Below are positions 30,946 through 41,771 of a stretch of 64,000 nucleotides of DNA, in pieces. The position numbers and the translations under genes were made by a program. The stretch lies in the IMG/VR virus record IMGVR_UViG_3300027977_000007. The stretch is one strand, 5' to 3'. Each line of letters begins with the position of its first letter. The first letter of the stretch is position 1. The notes beneath the pieces are model-generated. The model saw only the letters and a list, made by a program, of their open reading frames with translations, had not been told where the DNA came from and did no database searches. Source of the stretch: a virus.

Positions 30946-33900
30946 TTATGTTGTGGTTCCACTAAGTGGACATTCAATTCCGTTTATCATTACTGGTTTA
31001 GTTGCAGTATATGGATTTGGGTAACAGCTAAGACACGGATTATTATTAATATTTTCAAAATCATACGAGTCTAGTAAATCACCATATTTATAGTCTTCAG
31101 CTGGACAATCGTATGGTAAATAAAAAAACTCATTAAAAAATAACATTGACCACTCTGGTATTATTACTCTAAAATTTAATTTATTGTTGTTGGTATAATC
31201 AGTTAAAATTTGTCTCCAATTATTATTACTAGTAGTAAATGAACCCTTACCAGCTATACCGTTAGGTGTTGTTGGGCCAGCAATAGTAAAACTAACAATA
31301 TCAACCCAAGCACCACCAATCCCAGAAGATAATATTTGTAATTTAGCAACATGTTCACTGTTTAATAAATCATTATTATCTAAAATATAAAAATCACCCG
31401 TTAAATCTCCTTTATCAGTATAATCAATATTTAAACTATAACGAGCGAATAAATTACCATTTAGATAAATATCCTTATCAGAACCTAATTGTGCTGGTGG
31501 TTCTACATTGGCTGGTGGTGGTGTGGTTGGTCCAGTAGCTACATCATTAGCCAATATTTGATTGGTTACTGGCTCTACTGGTGTATTAATTATTGTTACG
31601 TTTCTATATTCAGGAACATTAACATTACTAACACCGTTAACGATTTCCCAGTCTACTAAATCAGTATTAACATCAGCTCCAGCGCCAGCTCCAGCAGCAG
31701 CACCAGCAGCAGCACCAGTTCTTTCTGTTTTTTTAGCTATATAATCAGCTCTTGGGTCATATACGTGTGTATTTGCGTAGTAATTGAATGATAACGCATT
31801 TTGCAACTTATTAATTGGTCCTAATAATGATGAACCACCAATAAATTTAATAGATAAATTTACATTTGCTATCATTGGTTGTACACCGATACCTTCTGGA
31901 TTTAAATCCCATACTATTGGTTCATAATCAATAGTTAGATTATCAATGATTACCTTGGTATTATAAAAATCACCAATTCTAAGTATACAAATAGGTGGTC
32001 GACCAAATGCTAAATTTTTAGCACCTAGGGTTTCAAGTGTTGGCCCTTGCCTTGTACACTGGTGAAGGAAAGTTAATCTAGAATTTAAACCCTCTGGTGT
32101 CATTGAGTGGAAGCTTGGGTGAAAGTATTTTATCTTTTCCCTGAAGCTATCAAATACAAATTTATCAGTATCGGCTAATTTATCAAAATAATTTGATTCA
32201 TCGTATAATTTATTAATTATCTTAGTATTAATACGTCTATTCTGTTGAGGTGCTTGATTAACACCATTAGGTGTTATTGTATCTTGTTGTGCTAATTCAG
32301 GACTAAACGCAAATGAAACATCCGACTTTCTATCTAATTTACATTGCTGCTCATCTGAGTTACCATCAACTTTACAACCAGTACCAGTTAGTGCTTTACT
32401 AGTTTTTATTACCTTTAATCTATTAGTTTTATTTGATATATTTAAGTTGGCATTTAAGTAATTATAAATGCTTTCTGTTCTTTTTTGCGCTAAGATATCA
32501 TTGGTTTCCTTAACACCCTGTGGGCTAGCATATGATTGAATGGTTATAGTACAATATACCCCCTTCGTCTCAAGATAATTTTCTAATGCTGGTAGAAAAG
32601 CAGGGTCTGATAAACCGCTGTAAACTGGACCATTTGGGTCTACCTTTAAAGAACCATTAAGACCATAGTTATAACCATCATAATATGTTGAAAAAGTTTC
32701 TGGTGATATGGGTCCACCATCTGAATCTTTTTGAGGAGTCACTTGTCCTCTAATTAATCCAATACCAAAACCTGTACCTTTACCATCATTTGAATAATCA
32801 ATCTTAGTTGTTCCAACAATAGCGTTACCATTATTAAAATCGTTTTGTAATCCATTTTCATAACCTAAATCAGTTATTGTAAGTATATCATAAACATCAT
32901 TTGGGTAATATACACTAAAATTAACTGGTGGTACTTCTGGTTCAATTTCTACCTTTTGTGGAAATAAATTAAGATTATTACCATTTGAACTTTCATTACT
33001 TACCGTTAGCTTATCAGCAAACGCAATTGATGGTTCAACACATCCAGCAACAAATGATGCAACATAGTTATCCTCTGGTCCATTAGTTCCTCTAAATGAA
33101 TTCATGTAGCTAGAATGGTCTACAATAATACTAAATGATAGGTTACCACTTCTTTCGGTATTATTATATGTGTAGATTGGTTCACCCCTACCTATAAATT
33201 TATTTGTTTCCCAATCTACACTTGATGTTTCACTAAATTGGATATTATATGGTGGAAACCACATGATTCTACCTCGTTTACCTGTGGTTAAGTCACCACT
33301 TCCTATTTCAACAGGTGGTAAATCTGCTATATCATCTTGCCAAGCTAAGTTTTCAATTGAAAACATATAATTTTTAGGATTTGTTTTCGTACCCTTTGCT
33401 GGGTCGTTTTGTATATCAGTTGTATATGGAGCTATCTTTGGAAATCCATTATCATCAAGCGTTGAATTAATCGTTTGAAATCTATATGGTACCGTTGCAT
33501 TTAGACCAGATTTTCTAACCATCTTAGATACCGTATCATATCTATTTAACGTAGTCCAGCTTCTACAAAATGTATTTTCAGCGTTAGCACCCTTATCTAC
33601 AACACCATTAGCATTGTAAAGCGACCCACTTAAAACAGCACTACCTTTAGATATCCCATCAGCATTAGCTGTTTGTATTTGACTTGATGTCTGACCCATT
33701 TCACCCTTAACAGAAACAATGCTTTTCATTCCTACGCTATTAAATAGCTTTTGTGTTTTAAACAATAGAGATTTTTTGGTATGTAAATCCTCACCTTCTA
33801 TTAACTCATCAAATTCAGTAGACGCATTTACGGCATCGCCATTACCTGTTGTCCATGTAAACCCAACATCACTAATCTTCCTGTTGTTATATCCTACATT

Positions 33901-35277
33901 ACCCCTTGGTCCAGTAAAGGTTTCTTCGGGCGATTTAAAGCCATAATCCGACACCATCTTATCTCTTTGGTATGATATCTCAGGTATTACGTTTTTAGGG
34001 TCGCTAGGTTGCGCTATGAAGTTATAAATCGTAGCCTTGTCCGAATTATAAAATGCATATAGGTTTGGATTGATGGCTTTTTCACCTTTATTGTTTAAAT
34101 AACCTGGTGCGTAACCACTCCTAAATGGCGTATTATCTGGATTATCATATTCTCCAGTACCAATAAGATTAGCATTTGCGTTTGTAATAAGTGCAACAAC
34201 TTGTCCTTTACCTGTATTTTCAATCATTGCATTAGCTCTTTCAATATTACCAGAGCTATACTCAGAGGTAAATATTGAACCAGCATCACTTAAATAACTT
34301 CTAGGTACTGTAAAGCCAAGTATACTAGCGGTATAATCAAATACTTGACCAGCGGTACTTGAAGGTATCGTTATCTTATAATTAGGTCTAAAGCCAGTTG
34401 TACCATTACCCTTAGCAATACTTAACATATTATCTGATACGTTCAAGGCACCTAGGATATTTTGTTGAGTATTAAATGCTGCATTATTGGCTAATGATAA
34501 TGCTAATTGTTGTGCACCAATCATACCTAATTTTGTATCATTGATAGCACCAACAGCACCTAACACTCTTCCAGCTAATGATGACCTAATATCAAAATTA
34601 GTAACGATACCAGCCTTGGCAAAACCAAGTCCTTGGCCATTTAATATGCTACCAATAATATTTGCCGCTTCAACACTTCCGCTATCACCAACATTCAATG
34701 CACCATATTCATCAAGATACCCTTTGATTTGTCTATTGATTTCAACTGGTTGAAGACTAATATAATCAGATACGTCTAGTTGTTTAGATGCATCTAAGTA
34801 TTGATTATAAAGCGTTATTTTTTTCCTAAATTCGGCAAATTCTGTCTTACCTAATAAACCAAAATTACTAACATCTTGCGTAGCACTAATTGGATATGAT
34901 TGAGTACCCTGTGGATAATCTACACTACCAAAAACACCTTGAATTGTTTGGATATCATCAATGTTTAATAATGTTGGTGATATACCATCATCATTCTTGA
35001 ACTTATTTGGTAGTATTGCGGTATTATAATTGTTTAAGCCTTCAACTTCTAATGGAAGACCAATGGGTATTACGTTACTATTACCATTAATACTAGTTTC
35101 AAGTACAGGTTCACCAATTCTAGGACTACCATTTAACGAAGTTGATAATTGAGGATATCTTGGTGATAAGTTTCTATTTAATAAAAAATCCCTTAAACCA
35201 AGACTAGTTGCAGTATTGGTAATACTATTCTTGGTTAATTGTGTTGGTGCACCAACATTATAAAATGGAAATGGCAT
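30946..35277 (-). CDS. Tail tube initiator / baseplate hub protein with OmpA-like domain
   Basis: FSETSSVDWE..FIGRGEPIYTYNNTERSG.LSF and PPIC.LRIGD...WD tube-initiator-type motifs; YASP....NDILAQKR.ES...YL. Confidence 0.65.
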   Translation of the reverse strand: MPFPFYNVGAPTQLTKNSITNTATSLGLRDFLLNRNLSPRYPQLSTSLNGSPRIGEPVLETSINGNSNVIPIGLPLEVEGLNNYNTAILPNKFKNDDGISPTLLNIDDIQTIQGVFGSVDYPQGTQSYPISATQDVSNFGLLGKTEFAEFRKKITLYNQYLDASKQLDVSDYISLQPVEINRQIKGYLDEYGALNVGDSGSVEAANIIGSILNGQGLGFAKAGIVTNFDIRSSLAGRVLGAVGAINDTKLGMIGAQQLALSLANNAAFNTQQNILGALNVSDNMLSIAKGNGTTGFRPNYKITIPSSTAGQVFDYTASILGFTVPRSYLSDAGSIFTSEYSSGNIERANAMIENTGKGQVVALITNANANLIGTGEYDNPDNTPFRSGYAPGYLNNKGEKAINPNLYAFYNSDKATIYNFIAQPSDPKNVIPEISYQRDKMVSDYGFKSPEETFTGPRGNVGYNNRKISDVGFTWTTGNGDAVNASTEFDELIEGEDLHTKKSLLFKTQKLFNSVGMKSIVSVKGEMGQTSSQIQTANADGISKGSAVLSGSLYNANGVVDKGANAENTFCRSWTTLNRYDTVSKMVRKSGLNATVPYRFQTINSTLDDNGFPKIAPYTTDIQNDPAKGTKTNPKNYMFSIENLAWQDDIADLPPVEIGSGDLTTGKRGRIMWFPPYNIQFSETSSVDWETNKFIGRGEPIYTYNNTERSGNLSFSIIVDHSSYMNSFRGTNGPEDNYVASFVAGCVEPSIAFADKLTVSNESSNGNNLNLFPQKVEIEPEVPPVNFSVYYPNDVYDILTITDLGYENGLQNDFNNGNAIVGTTKIDYSNDGKGTGFGIGLIRGQVTPQKDSDGGPISPETFSTYYDGYNYGLNGSLKVDPNGPVYSGLSDPAFLPALENYLETKGVYCTITIQSYASPQGVKETNDILAQKRTESIYNYLNANLNISNKTNRLKVIKTSKALTGTGCKVDGNSDEQQCKLDRKSDVSFAFSPELAQQDTITPNGVNQAPQQNRRINTKIINKLYDESNYFDKLADTDKFVFDSFREKIKYFHPSFHSMTPEGLNSRLTFLHQCTRQGPTLETLGAKNLAFGRPPICILRIGDFYNTKVIIDNLTIDYEPIVWDLNPEGIGVQPMIANVNLSIKFIGGSSLLGPINKLQNALSFNYYANTHVYDPRADYIAKKTERTGAAAGAAAGAGAGADVNTDLVDWEIVNGVSNVNVPEYRNVTIINTPVEPVTNQILANDVATGPTTPPPANVEPPAQLGSDKDIYLNGNLFARYSLNIDYTDKGDLTGDFYILDNNDLLNSEHVAKLQILSSGIGGAWVDIVSFTIAGPTTPNGIAGKGSFTTSNNNWRQILTDYTNNNKLNFRVIIPEWSMLFFNEFFYLPYDCPAEDYKYGDLLDSYDFENINNNPCLSCYPNPYTATKPVMINGIECPLSGTTT

Positions 35278-35299
35278 AGTACTTTCTATATAAATACTA

Positions 35300-35500
35300 T
35301 GATAAGGTAATTTTTACTAAAATAAATGATTAATTATTATTAGTTATACTATATGTATTATACTATTATTTTGTTACTATAGTATTATTATTATATAGTT
35401 AATTACAATTTTTTAACTAATTTATACAAATTTACTACTTTTTTCTGACAAAAACAAGTATTATTTGAAAATAGTTATTAAATAGTTGATTATCAACCAA
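35300..35500. other. AT-rich non-coding tract with upstream early promoter and IHF-like site (candidate origin)
   Basis: About 11 G+C in 35321-35420; TTGTTT-N17-TAAATTTG at 35457-35427; minus-strand AATCAACTATTTA near 35480-35491. Confidence 0.4.
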
Positions 35501-35504
35501 ATAA

Positions 35505-37922
35505 TTATCCTTTTTGAACTTGATTAACTGACCTTTGCATTTCAACCTTAATCATTTTGCTAATATCTCGTATGAACATTGGGTCTTTCAATAAATCTAC
35601 ACCCATTGATTGGTTACCTGGTATAGAAATCATTAAGCTTCCATTGATATTTAGGTCTGAAAACACATGCTTTATTATACCAGGTTTAGATTCTGCTTTT
35701 GATGCAAATTTATCAATAGCACCACCCTTTTTCATCGCTATTAAGTCATCTTTATTATCAATCGGTGTTATTTTACCATTTTGAATAATACCTCTACCTT
35801 TATCATAGTTGCTACCTAACTTTGGACCGCTATTTCCAATAATACCATCTCCAATAGGGCTAGTAAAAAAAGCATCTGATGCTGCGTAATCACCAATAAC
35901 CTTACCACCAAAAGCACCTACTCCTGCGCCAATCAAAGCACCAATAGCGGTTCCAAAACCTGGTATAATACTACCAATAGAAGCCCCTAATAATGCCCCA
36001 CCAGCGACACCACCAGCAAGACCACCAGCAATACCAGCAACGTAACCTGTAACCGTATCATCATTACCCATTGCGCTAGAAGCTTTACTTCCAAGCCACA
36101 TACCAACCCCAGTACCTACGGCTGTACCAATCAATGGGCCAGCAATTTTACCAAAACCCTTAGCTAATTCCATGACTCCACCTTTACCTTGTGTAACTGT
36201 ATTAAAACCCAAACCCAATTCAACTCCATAGGCATACCAAGTAGCTGCTTTCGCTAAAGCCCATGTACCAAAAAAACCTATTAATGAAGCAACTGGATTG
36301 TCTAATATAAGACCAGCAATACCTGAAACTAAATTACCAATTTCTTTGGCAAATCCACCAATTTTATCCAACCAACCACCTTGTTTCATTTCCATGGTAA
36401 AACCATCTAGACTAGGTAATAATCTTGTATTTATCGCATCAATAAACGGTAATAATGATTTTTTAAATAAATTAACCGTATTATTAAATGCTTCATCAAA
36501 GGTTCTAGCTTCTTTAGCTAATTCTTTAAGCGTTTTTTCTTCTTTACTTTGCGCTTCTAGGCTAGCTAAGTCCATTTGTGTTATTTGACTGACCAACTTC
36601 TTAACTGGTTTACCGTTAACCATAAATTCAATGTTAGCTTTACCATCTTCAAAAGTTGCAGTGTTCGTAATAAATTCTTGAATTTCTGGGTCACTAACGC
36701 TAAATGATAACTGAGACCTAATCTTAGTATACTTTGCAGCATTTTTACCAGCTGTTACTAGGTCATCATAGGCAACACCAGTTTGTTCGGCAATCTTTCT
36801 AAGCCTATGCATTTCAAGTGCTGATACTTGAAATTCACCTGATTCTTTATTAAAATGTACCGATGATTCAGCTGCCTTACCAAGTTCTTTAGTTAATCCT
36901 TCCATATCATTACGAGCCAAATACATTAAACGAAACGGGTCAGCCATTTGCGCCCAAGCACCACCCATAACTTGCAATTGAGCTGACATATCAACGGCAC
37001 CTTCAATATCAAATAACTTGTCAGCCATACCAGTAATTGAATTCATTTCAATACCCAATTTAGTAGTCGTTTCAGCCATCTTAATCAGGCCCTTAACACC
37101 ACCCTTAAAGCTATACTTATTTAATAGCTTAAAGTTTTGTTGCATGTTCTTAATAATCTCAGATGCATTTAAACCTAATTTAGAACTGGTATTGACTGAT
37201 TCTTCAATCAAGTCTCTAGTCCTTTCAGCTGATATACCCTGCATTTCAAAATCAGCTGCCATCTTTGCAGCACCTTCAGCACCTAAGCCAGTACCCTTAG
37301 CCATCTCACTAATAGCTTCAAGACCCTTACGGCCCAATAGTACTGAACGCCCTAATTCATCACTATAATCAGATTGGTACTTAGCTAATTCTTCGATACC
37401 ATCACCAATCTCTAAGGTACTATTTGCAGCCTCTGTTATATCAAAACGTAACATCTTAGATTGATTGGTCATCAATCCCATGTTAAGACTAGATTGCTTG
37501 ATGGCTTTATCCATCTTAAACAATCCATATGAAGATATTTTATCTAGAGTTTTATTAACGGTATTTGGTATATCAAGTATACCCTTAGCAACCATACCAA
37601 GACCCTTAGCGGATATTAATAAACCTTTATTGGTCTCTTTACTTGCTTCTTGATACCTCTTTATGTTAGCCTTAATTGATTCACCCTCTTTCTTTAGTAA
37701 TTTAATTTTTGCTTCAATTAAATCTATTTCATCTTGAGTTGCTCCAATTTTGTCTTTTTCAAGTTGAAGGATTATTTCATCTTGACGAACCAATTCTTTT
37801 TGTAATGCGGTCATGGTTTTTAAACCAGATAAATAACCCTCTAAGCTATTACCCATTTCAGCCCTAATCCTAGCACTTTCCTTTAATAAATTAATTTGTT
37901 TTTGTAATTCATCATTATCCAT
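35505..37922 (-). CDS. Tape measure protein
   Basis: 805 aa, Ala/Gly/Met-rich helical protein with glycine-zipper hydrophobic segments; between tube/chaperone and hub genes. Confidence 0.8.
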   Translation of the reverse strand: MDNDELQKQINLLKESARIRAEMGNSLEGYLSGLKTMTALQKELVRQDEIILQLEKDKIGATQDEIDLIEAKIKLLKKEGESIKANIKRYQEASKETNKGLLISAKGLGMVAKGILDIPNTVNKTLDKISSYGLFKMDKAIKQSSLNMGLMTNQSKMLRFDITEAANSTLEIGDGIEELAKYQSDYSDELGRSVLLGRKGLEAISEMAKGTGLGAEGAAKMAADFEMQGISAERTRDLIEESVNTSSKLGLNASEIIKNMQQNFKLLNKYSFKGGVKGLIKMAETTTKLGIEMNSITGMADKLFDIEGAVDMSAQLQVMGGAWAQMADPFRLMYLARNDMEGLTKELGKAAESSVHFNKESGEFQVSALEMHRLRKIAEQTGVAYDDLVTAGKNAAKYTKIRSQLSFSVSDPEIQEFITNTATFEDGKANIEFMVNGKPVKKLVSQITQMDLASLEAQSKEEKTLKELAKEARTFDEAFNNTVNLFKKSLLPFIDAINTRLLPSLDGFTMEMKQGGWLDKIGGFAKEIGNLVSGIAGLILDNPVASLIGFFGTWALAKAATWYAYGVELGLGFNTVTQGKGGVMELAKGFGKIAGPLIGTAVGTGVGMWLGSKASSAMGNDDTVTGYVAGIAGGLAGGVAGGALLGASIGSIIPGFGTAIGALIGAGVGAFGGKVIGDYAASDAFFTSPIGDGIIGNSGPKLGSNYDKGRGIIQNGKITPIDNKDDLIAMKKGGAIDKFASKAESKPGIIKHVFSDLNINGSLMISIPGNQSMGVDLLKDPMFIRDISKMIKVEMQRSVNQVQKG

Positions 37923-37928
37923 AATATA

Positions 37929-39053
37929 TTAGTTTGTAGATGTTGTTGTATTAGTTGTTGTTGTACCAGATGTGGTATCAGATTTGGTAATAGCAATTGG
38001 TTTATAACCTGGAGAAGCTACACCTCTAATTATTTCAATCCTTATTCTATTTTTTTCTCTGTAAGGTTTATCGTTATTTTTAATTACTAATATACAACTA
38101 AAACCATCTTTTTTCCCCTTTATTGGGTCTTTAATTTCTAATTCAAAAGTTAGACCACTATTTTTACTAACAAGAATAGGGTAATAACCCAGTCTATTAT
38201 CAACCGTTGATTTATATTCTGTTTTTTGTTGTTCGTCAACGTTAAAAATTGTTTTGTTATCTGATACAATGTTTTTAGAGTCTAAAAACATAAAAGTAAT
38301 TTCTTTACCCTCTATGAATTCAGCCTTTAAATAATCAGTATATTTTTTATTATTATATGTACGGAGTAAATTTAAAACGCTATAAATACCCTTACCAACA
38401 GCTCTCTTACCCGTTAATTCAGCAACAAATAGATTTAAAAAACTTGGTTGTGAATAAAATGCTTTTTTTAATAATGGGTCTTTTGATATCATATCATACG
38501 CTATCTTAGCATCATCTAAAATACCCTCCGTACTACCAGTAGTAGTAGTACCAGTAGTAGTATCTGGTGGTGTAACTAAATCTTCCGAGTCATCACCACC
38601 TCCAACGTATGGATGGAAATTAATTATATTATTAAGTTTAATATATTTATTTTTTAGTGTCTTATTACTACCAATAAATTGTAGTGTAAAACTAGAACCG
38701 TCAGTTGTTATAATATTTTTATTTTTAAGGTATATATCAATAGCTTCTTCGTCACCATCAAATTCACCATTACCTAAATTAATATTTATAGCTAAATTAG
38801 TAAATTTTTTTACTAATTTTGCGTTATCTTTTTTAACACTAAAGACATATGTACTATCATCATTTGATACATAACTTAAAACTAATTCGTTGTTACTTTT
38901 TGTGGTTAATACGATATCATCATAATGGTCGACCATCTTAGTTAAATCCAATAATACTTTACCTAACTTAACCATTGTAGTCTTATCATACTTAGACTCA
39001 TTGATATGGTCCTCAATAAGTTTTAATTGTCGTTCATTAATTATTAATTTCAT
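37929..39053 (-). CDS. Hypothetical late protein (start revised from 39095 to MKLIINERQ)
   Basis: The track start lies within a terminator; a late motif at ~39064-39073 precedes ATG 39053; Thr-rich linkers. Confidence 0.6.
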   Translation of the reverse strand: MKLIINERQLKLIEDHINESKYDKTTMVKLGKVLLDLTKMVDHYDDIVLTTKSNNELVLSYVSNDDSTYVFSVKKDNAKLVKKFTNLAININLGNGEFDGDEEAIDIYLKNKNIITTDGSSFTLQFIGSNKTLKNKYIKLNNIINFHPYVGGGDDSEDLVTPPDTTTGTTTTGSTEGILDDAKIAYDMISKDPLLKKAFYSQPSFLNLFVAELTGKRAVGKGIYSVLNLLRTYNNKKYTDYLKAEFIEGKEITFMFLDSKNIVSDNKTIFNVDEQQKTEYKSTVDNRLGYYPILVSKNSGLTFELEIKDPIKGKKDGFSCILVIKNNDKPYREKNRIRIEIIRGVASPGYKPIAITKSDTTSGTTTTNTTTSTN

Positions 39054-39083
39054 GATTCTTTTATTATAAATATTAGTTAAAAT

Positions 39084-39108
39084 AAAAATACCCACAATGT
39101 GGGTATTT
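39084..39108 (-). terminator. Terminator after the chaperone second ORF
   Basis: aaatacccac-aat-gtgggtattt. Confidence 0.7.
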
Positions 39109-39110
39109 AA

Positions 39111-39389
39111 TTAACTTAATGGTATATCACCGTTTTTAAGTCTTTGCTTCAGTGCGGAACCAGAAACCCTGCTTGTTCTAGAACCCTTACCACTTTTAGT
39201 CGATTGTTGTTCTCTCATTTTTTCTTGATGTTCTTCACGTTCTCTATAATCTTTGGTTAACAACCCTAAAAAGAATCGTCTCTCATATGTTGGCATCATT
39301 AATACATCTGAATAAGTAACACCCTTTAAGTGTTGAAGACAAAGATAAATCTCTTCTAATAATGGTACCTTATAATTAGCGGTTAGGCC
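39111..39389 (-). CDS. Tail assembly chaperone second ORF (G-T type), probably reached by frameshift
   Basis: Frame is open from the T7 run: GLTANYKVPLLEEIYLCLQHLKGVTYSDVL-MMPTYERRFFL. Confidence 0.7.
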   Translation of the reverse strand, partial: GLTANYKVPLLEEIYLCLQHLKGVTYSDVLMMPTYERRFFLGLLTKDYREREEHQEKMREQQSTKSGKGSRTSRVSGSALKQRLKNGDIPLS

Positions 39390-40641
39390 AAAAAAAGTTT
39401 CGGTTAAGGGGAAGAAATGTTGTTATGGACCCACCTCTTGGAGTCCCAATAGTAATATCCAAATCAATACCACTTTCAATCTTATCAATATATTGAGTTA
39501 ATGCCTTAGCATCTTTTATTGTAATGTTGCTAGCAAATTCAGTAATTAAGTTTTTATCCCTTATGCCATCAATTTCAACAAAGGTTTTTTGAAGAATATA
39601 TGTGCTACTATTATTAACTGGTAAATTATTAGCCTTATCCTTAGCTAACATAACCTCAATGTCATCAACATCACCACAAGTTAATAGTTTAAACTTGATT
39701 TGTCTTTTAGATAATGGTAATACAAAATGAAATAATCCTTCTTCATCTGGCTCAGCACCCAACTTTTTATACTTTAAATCATTTAAGTTAATTTCAGTAT
39801 CAAATGGTTGACCATCTTCATCCAATAATGTAACTGGATACATCTCACCATACGCTGTGGCCCTTAAATAAATCATAAGAGCATTCCTGTCACCAATGTG
39901 TAAATCTCTGTACCTTAAATCTGGTTCTAACATTTTTCTATTAAATAGAATAGATAAAAATTGTCCACTTTCAATTAAGTTAGGACTGGTAAGAATATTT
40001 TCATCAGCAGTAGTCATAAATGATACTCTAATGCTAGGTTTCTTATTTCTATATAACTTACCTTCAGATGGTAACGGTACCGTATCTTGTGCTGTATTAT
40101 AGTTTGGTTGATTCAATTCAATTAAATATGAATCAATATTCGGTACTTGTTGTGGTATATTCATAGATTCTTTAGTTGGTTGTTGTGCCGATGGGTTATA
40201 TTGTGGTTGATATGTTGTAGGTTCATATGTTTTAGGTTCGTATGTTTGATTAATTAAACCTTCAGATGCTCTATGGTAATTATCGGTTTGTGTTTGATTA
40301 TTCGATAATGCTGCATCTCTAAGCTTCATTTGTTCTTCAGCTTTTGTTCTTATCGCTAAGACTTCTTGGTCATATCTAGATAATACTGGCCTTGGATTTT
40401 CAGATAGGTTTGGTTCAACAACCGTACCATTGGTCTTAAGCATATTTAATTGTGCTTCGGTTCTAAGTCGCATAGCCTCTACAGCATCTATATGTGTGAC
40501 TGGTGTATCTGTTGGTTGAGCCGCATTAGCATATATTTCATTGGTTGCATTAGCCTTTTCAGCCTCAAACTTTGCTATTCTCGCCCTTTCGTCAGCCTCA
40601 TTTTTTTGAGCTTGGTTTGGTATTACATTTGGTTTTTCCAT
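39376..40641 (-). CDS. Tail/baseplate-hub assembly chaperone (T4 gp26-like) with N-terminal extension
   Basis: VPLPSEGKLY, MTTADENILTS, L.IGDRNAL.IYLRA.AYG, ends NFFWP. Confidence 0.75.
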   Translation of the reverse strand: MEKPNVIPNQAQKNEADERARIAKFEAEKANATNEIYANAAQPTDTPVTHIDAVEAMRLRTEAQLNMLKTNGTVVEPNLSENPRPVLSRYDQEVLAIRTKAEEQMKLRDAALSNNQTQTDNYHRASEGLINQTYEPKTYEPTTYQPQYNPSAQQPTKESMNIPQQVPNIDSYLIELNQPNYNTAQDTVPLPSEGKLYRNKKPSIRVSFMTTADENILTSPNLIESGQFLSILFNRKMLEPDLRYRDLHIGDRNALMIYLRATAYGEMYPVTLLDEDGQPFDTEINLNDLKYKKLGAEPDEEGLFHFVLPLSKRQIKFKLLTCGDVDDIEVMLAKDKANNLPVNNSSTYILQKTFVEIDGIRDKNLITEFASNITIKDAKALTQYIDKIESGIDLDITIGTPRGGSITTFLPLNRNFFWPNR

Positions 40642-40712
40642 AATTTATTCTTATTCATAAATATATGTCATTAAACTTTTTTTGTAAAGATTATAGCGTT
40701 AATTATAATAAT

Positions 40713-40743
40713 AAAAAATGACCACTAAAATTTAGTGGTCATT
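40713..40743 (-). terminator. Terminator hairpin
   Basis: aatgaccactaaa/tttagtggtcatt inverted repeat with adjacent A tract. Confidence 0.7.
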
Positions 40744-40746
40744 CTT

Positions 40747-40784
40747 AAAGAATTCTTATAAGTCAATGTTTTGATAGAGTAAAA
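40747..40784. repeat. 38-bp direct repeat, copy 1
   Basis: aaagaattcttataagtcaatgttttgatagagtaaaa. Confidence 0.95.
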
Positions 40785-40865
40785 CAATAAAATTATTATA
40801 ATCTCTTGATAATCAGATAAATAAAATTAATTAAATATTTTTTATTTTTAAAAACTTTAAAATAC

Positions 40866-41753
40866 TTAAATATTTAATTTTAATTGTTTAATAACCCATT
40901 CTGGTCTCTCATTAATATCCTTCTCCCAAAATCTAATTAACATATAATTATTATTAATACACCATTCTTCTTTTCTTTCATCTTGTTTTAAATTACTTAT
41001 CTGTGCTGCATATTTTGGTATTTTAAAGTTAGAATCTGGGTTACAATGCCAATAATCACCGTCAACCTCAATTAATATTTTCTTACCAGAAATTTTAAAA
41101 TCAAACAATGCTTTTAATTCCCTAACGTAGTATTGCGAATAAAAATCAACCTCTTCTATTAAATTTAATTCATTAATAAGAAATTTCTTAAAAGTTTCCT
41201 CAAGTTTTGATTTAACTTGAAACCCATTACTCATAATATACAACATTCTTCTATGAGATTGTTTTTCACGTTCATCTAGATTGGACCACCTAATACTAGC
41301 GGTTTCGCTCAATTTAAGTTTATGTTCATCACTTTTTGGTATACCGCTTAAAGCTTGTGAAATATTATTACCACGCTCTGGGTTACTCATCGTTTTTCTG
41401 GTGTTTTCAGCAACCCTAGGGTCCTCTTTGGTTAAACCATCATTCCATACCTTTAACGTTCCAGCATCGTGCATCTTCTTTTGCGTTTCATGTGATTTTT
41501 TTAGAGCTTCTGGATTATGCCCCCAGTTATTGTTGACTCTAGCAGCATGACCACGAATAAAGTCTCTAAAACCAGCGTCAATACCCAAGTATTTAGGTTT
41601 CTCACCACAACCACATTTACAGATAGGCTCAACACCCTCCAAAACATATTCAATATAAGTTTTTTCAGCATCAACACCATGTTTCTGTTTATTATGTCTC
41701 CTAAGAGAATCCAATGTTTCAAACTCTCTTTCACATTTTTTACATTTTACCAT
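40866..41753 (-). mobile_element. Free-standing Vsr-like/DUF559 (EDxHD-type) homing endonuclease with zinc finger and NUMOD3 (start revised from 41774)
   Basis: CKKC..F...L..H...H; CKCGCGE; WNDGLTKE; KSDEHKLKLSE; FDF...LIEVDGDYWH...D..K...LIRFWE. Confidence 0.8.
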
Positions 41754-41771
41754 AAATAAAAATTCTTTCAG

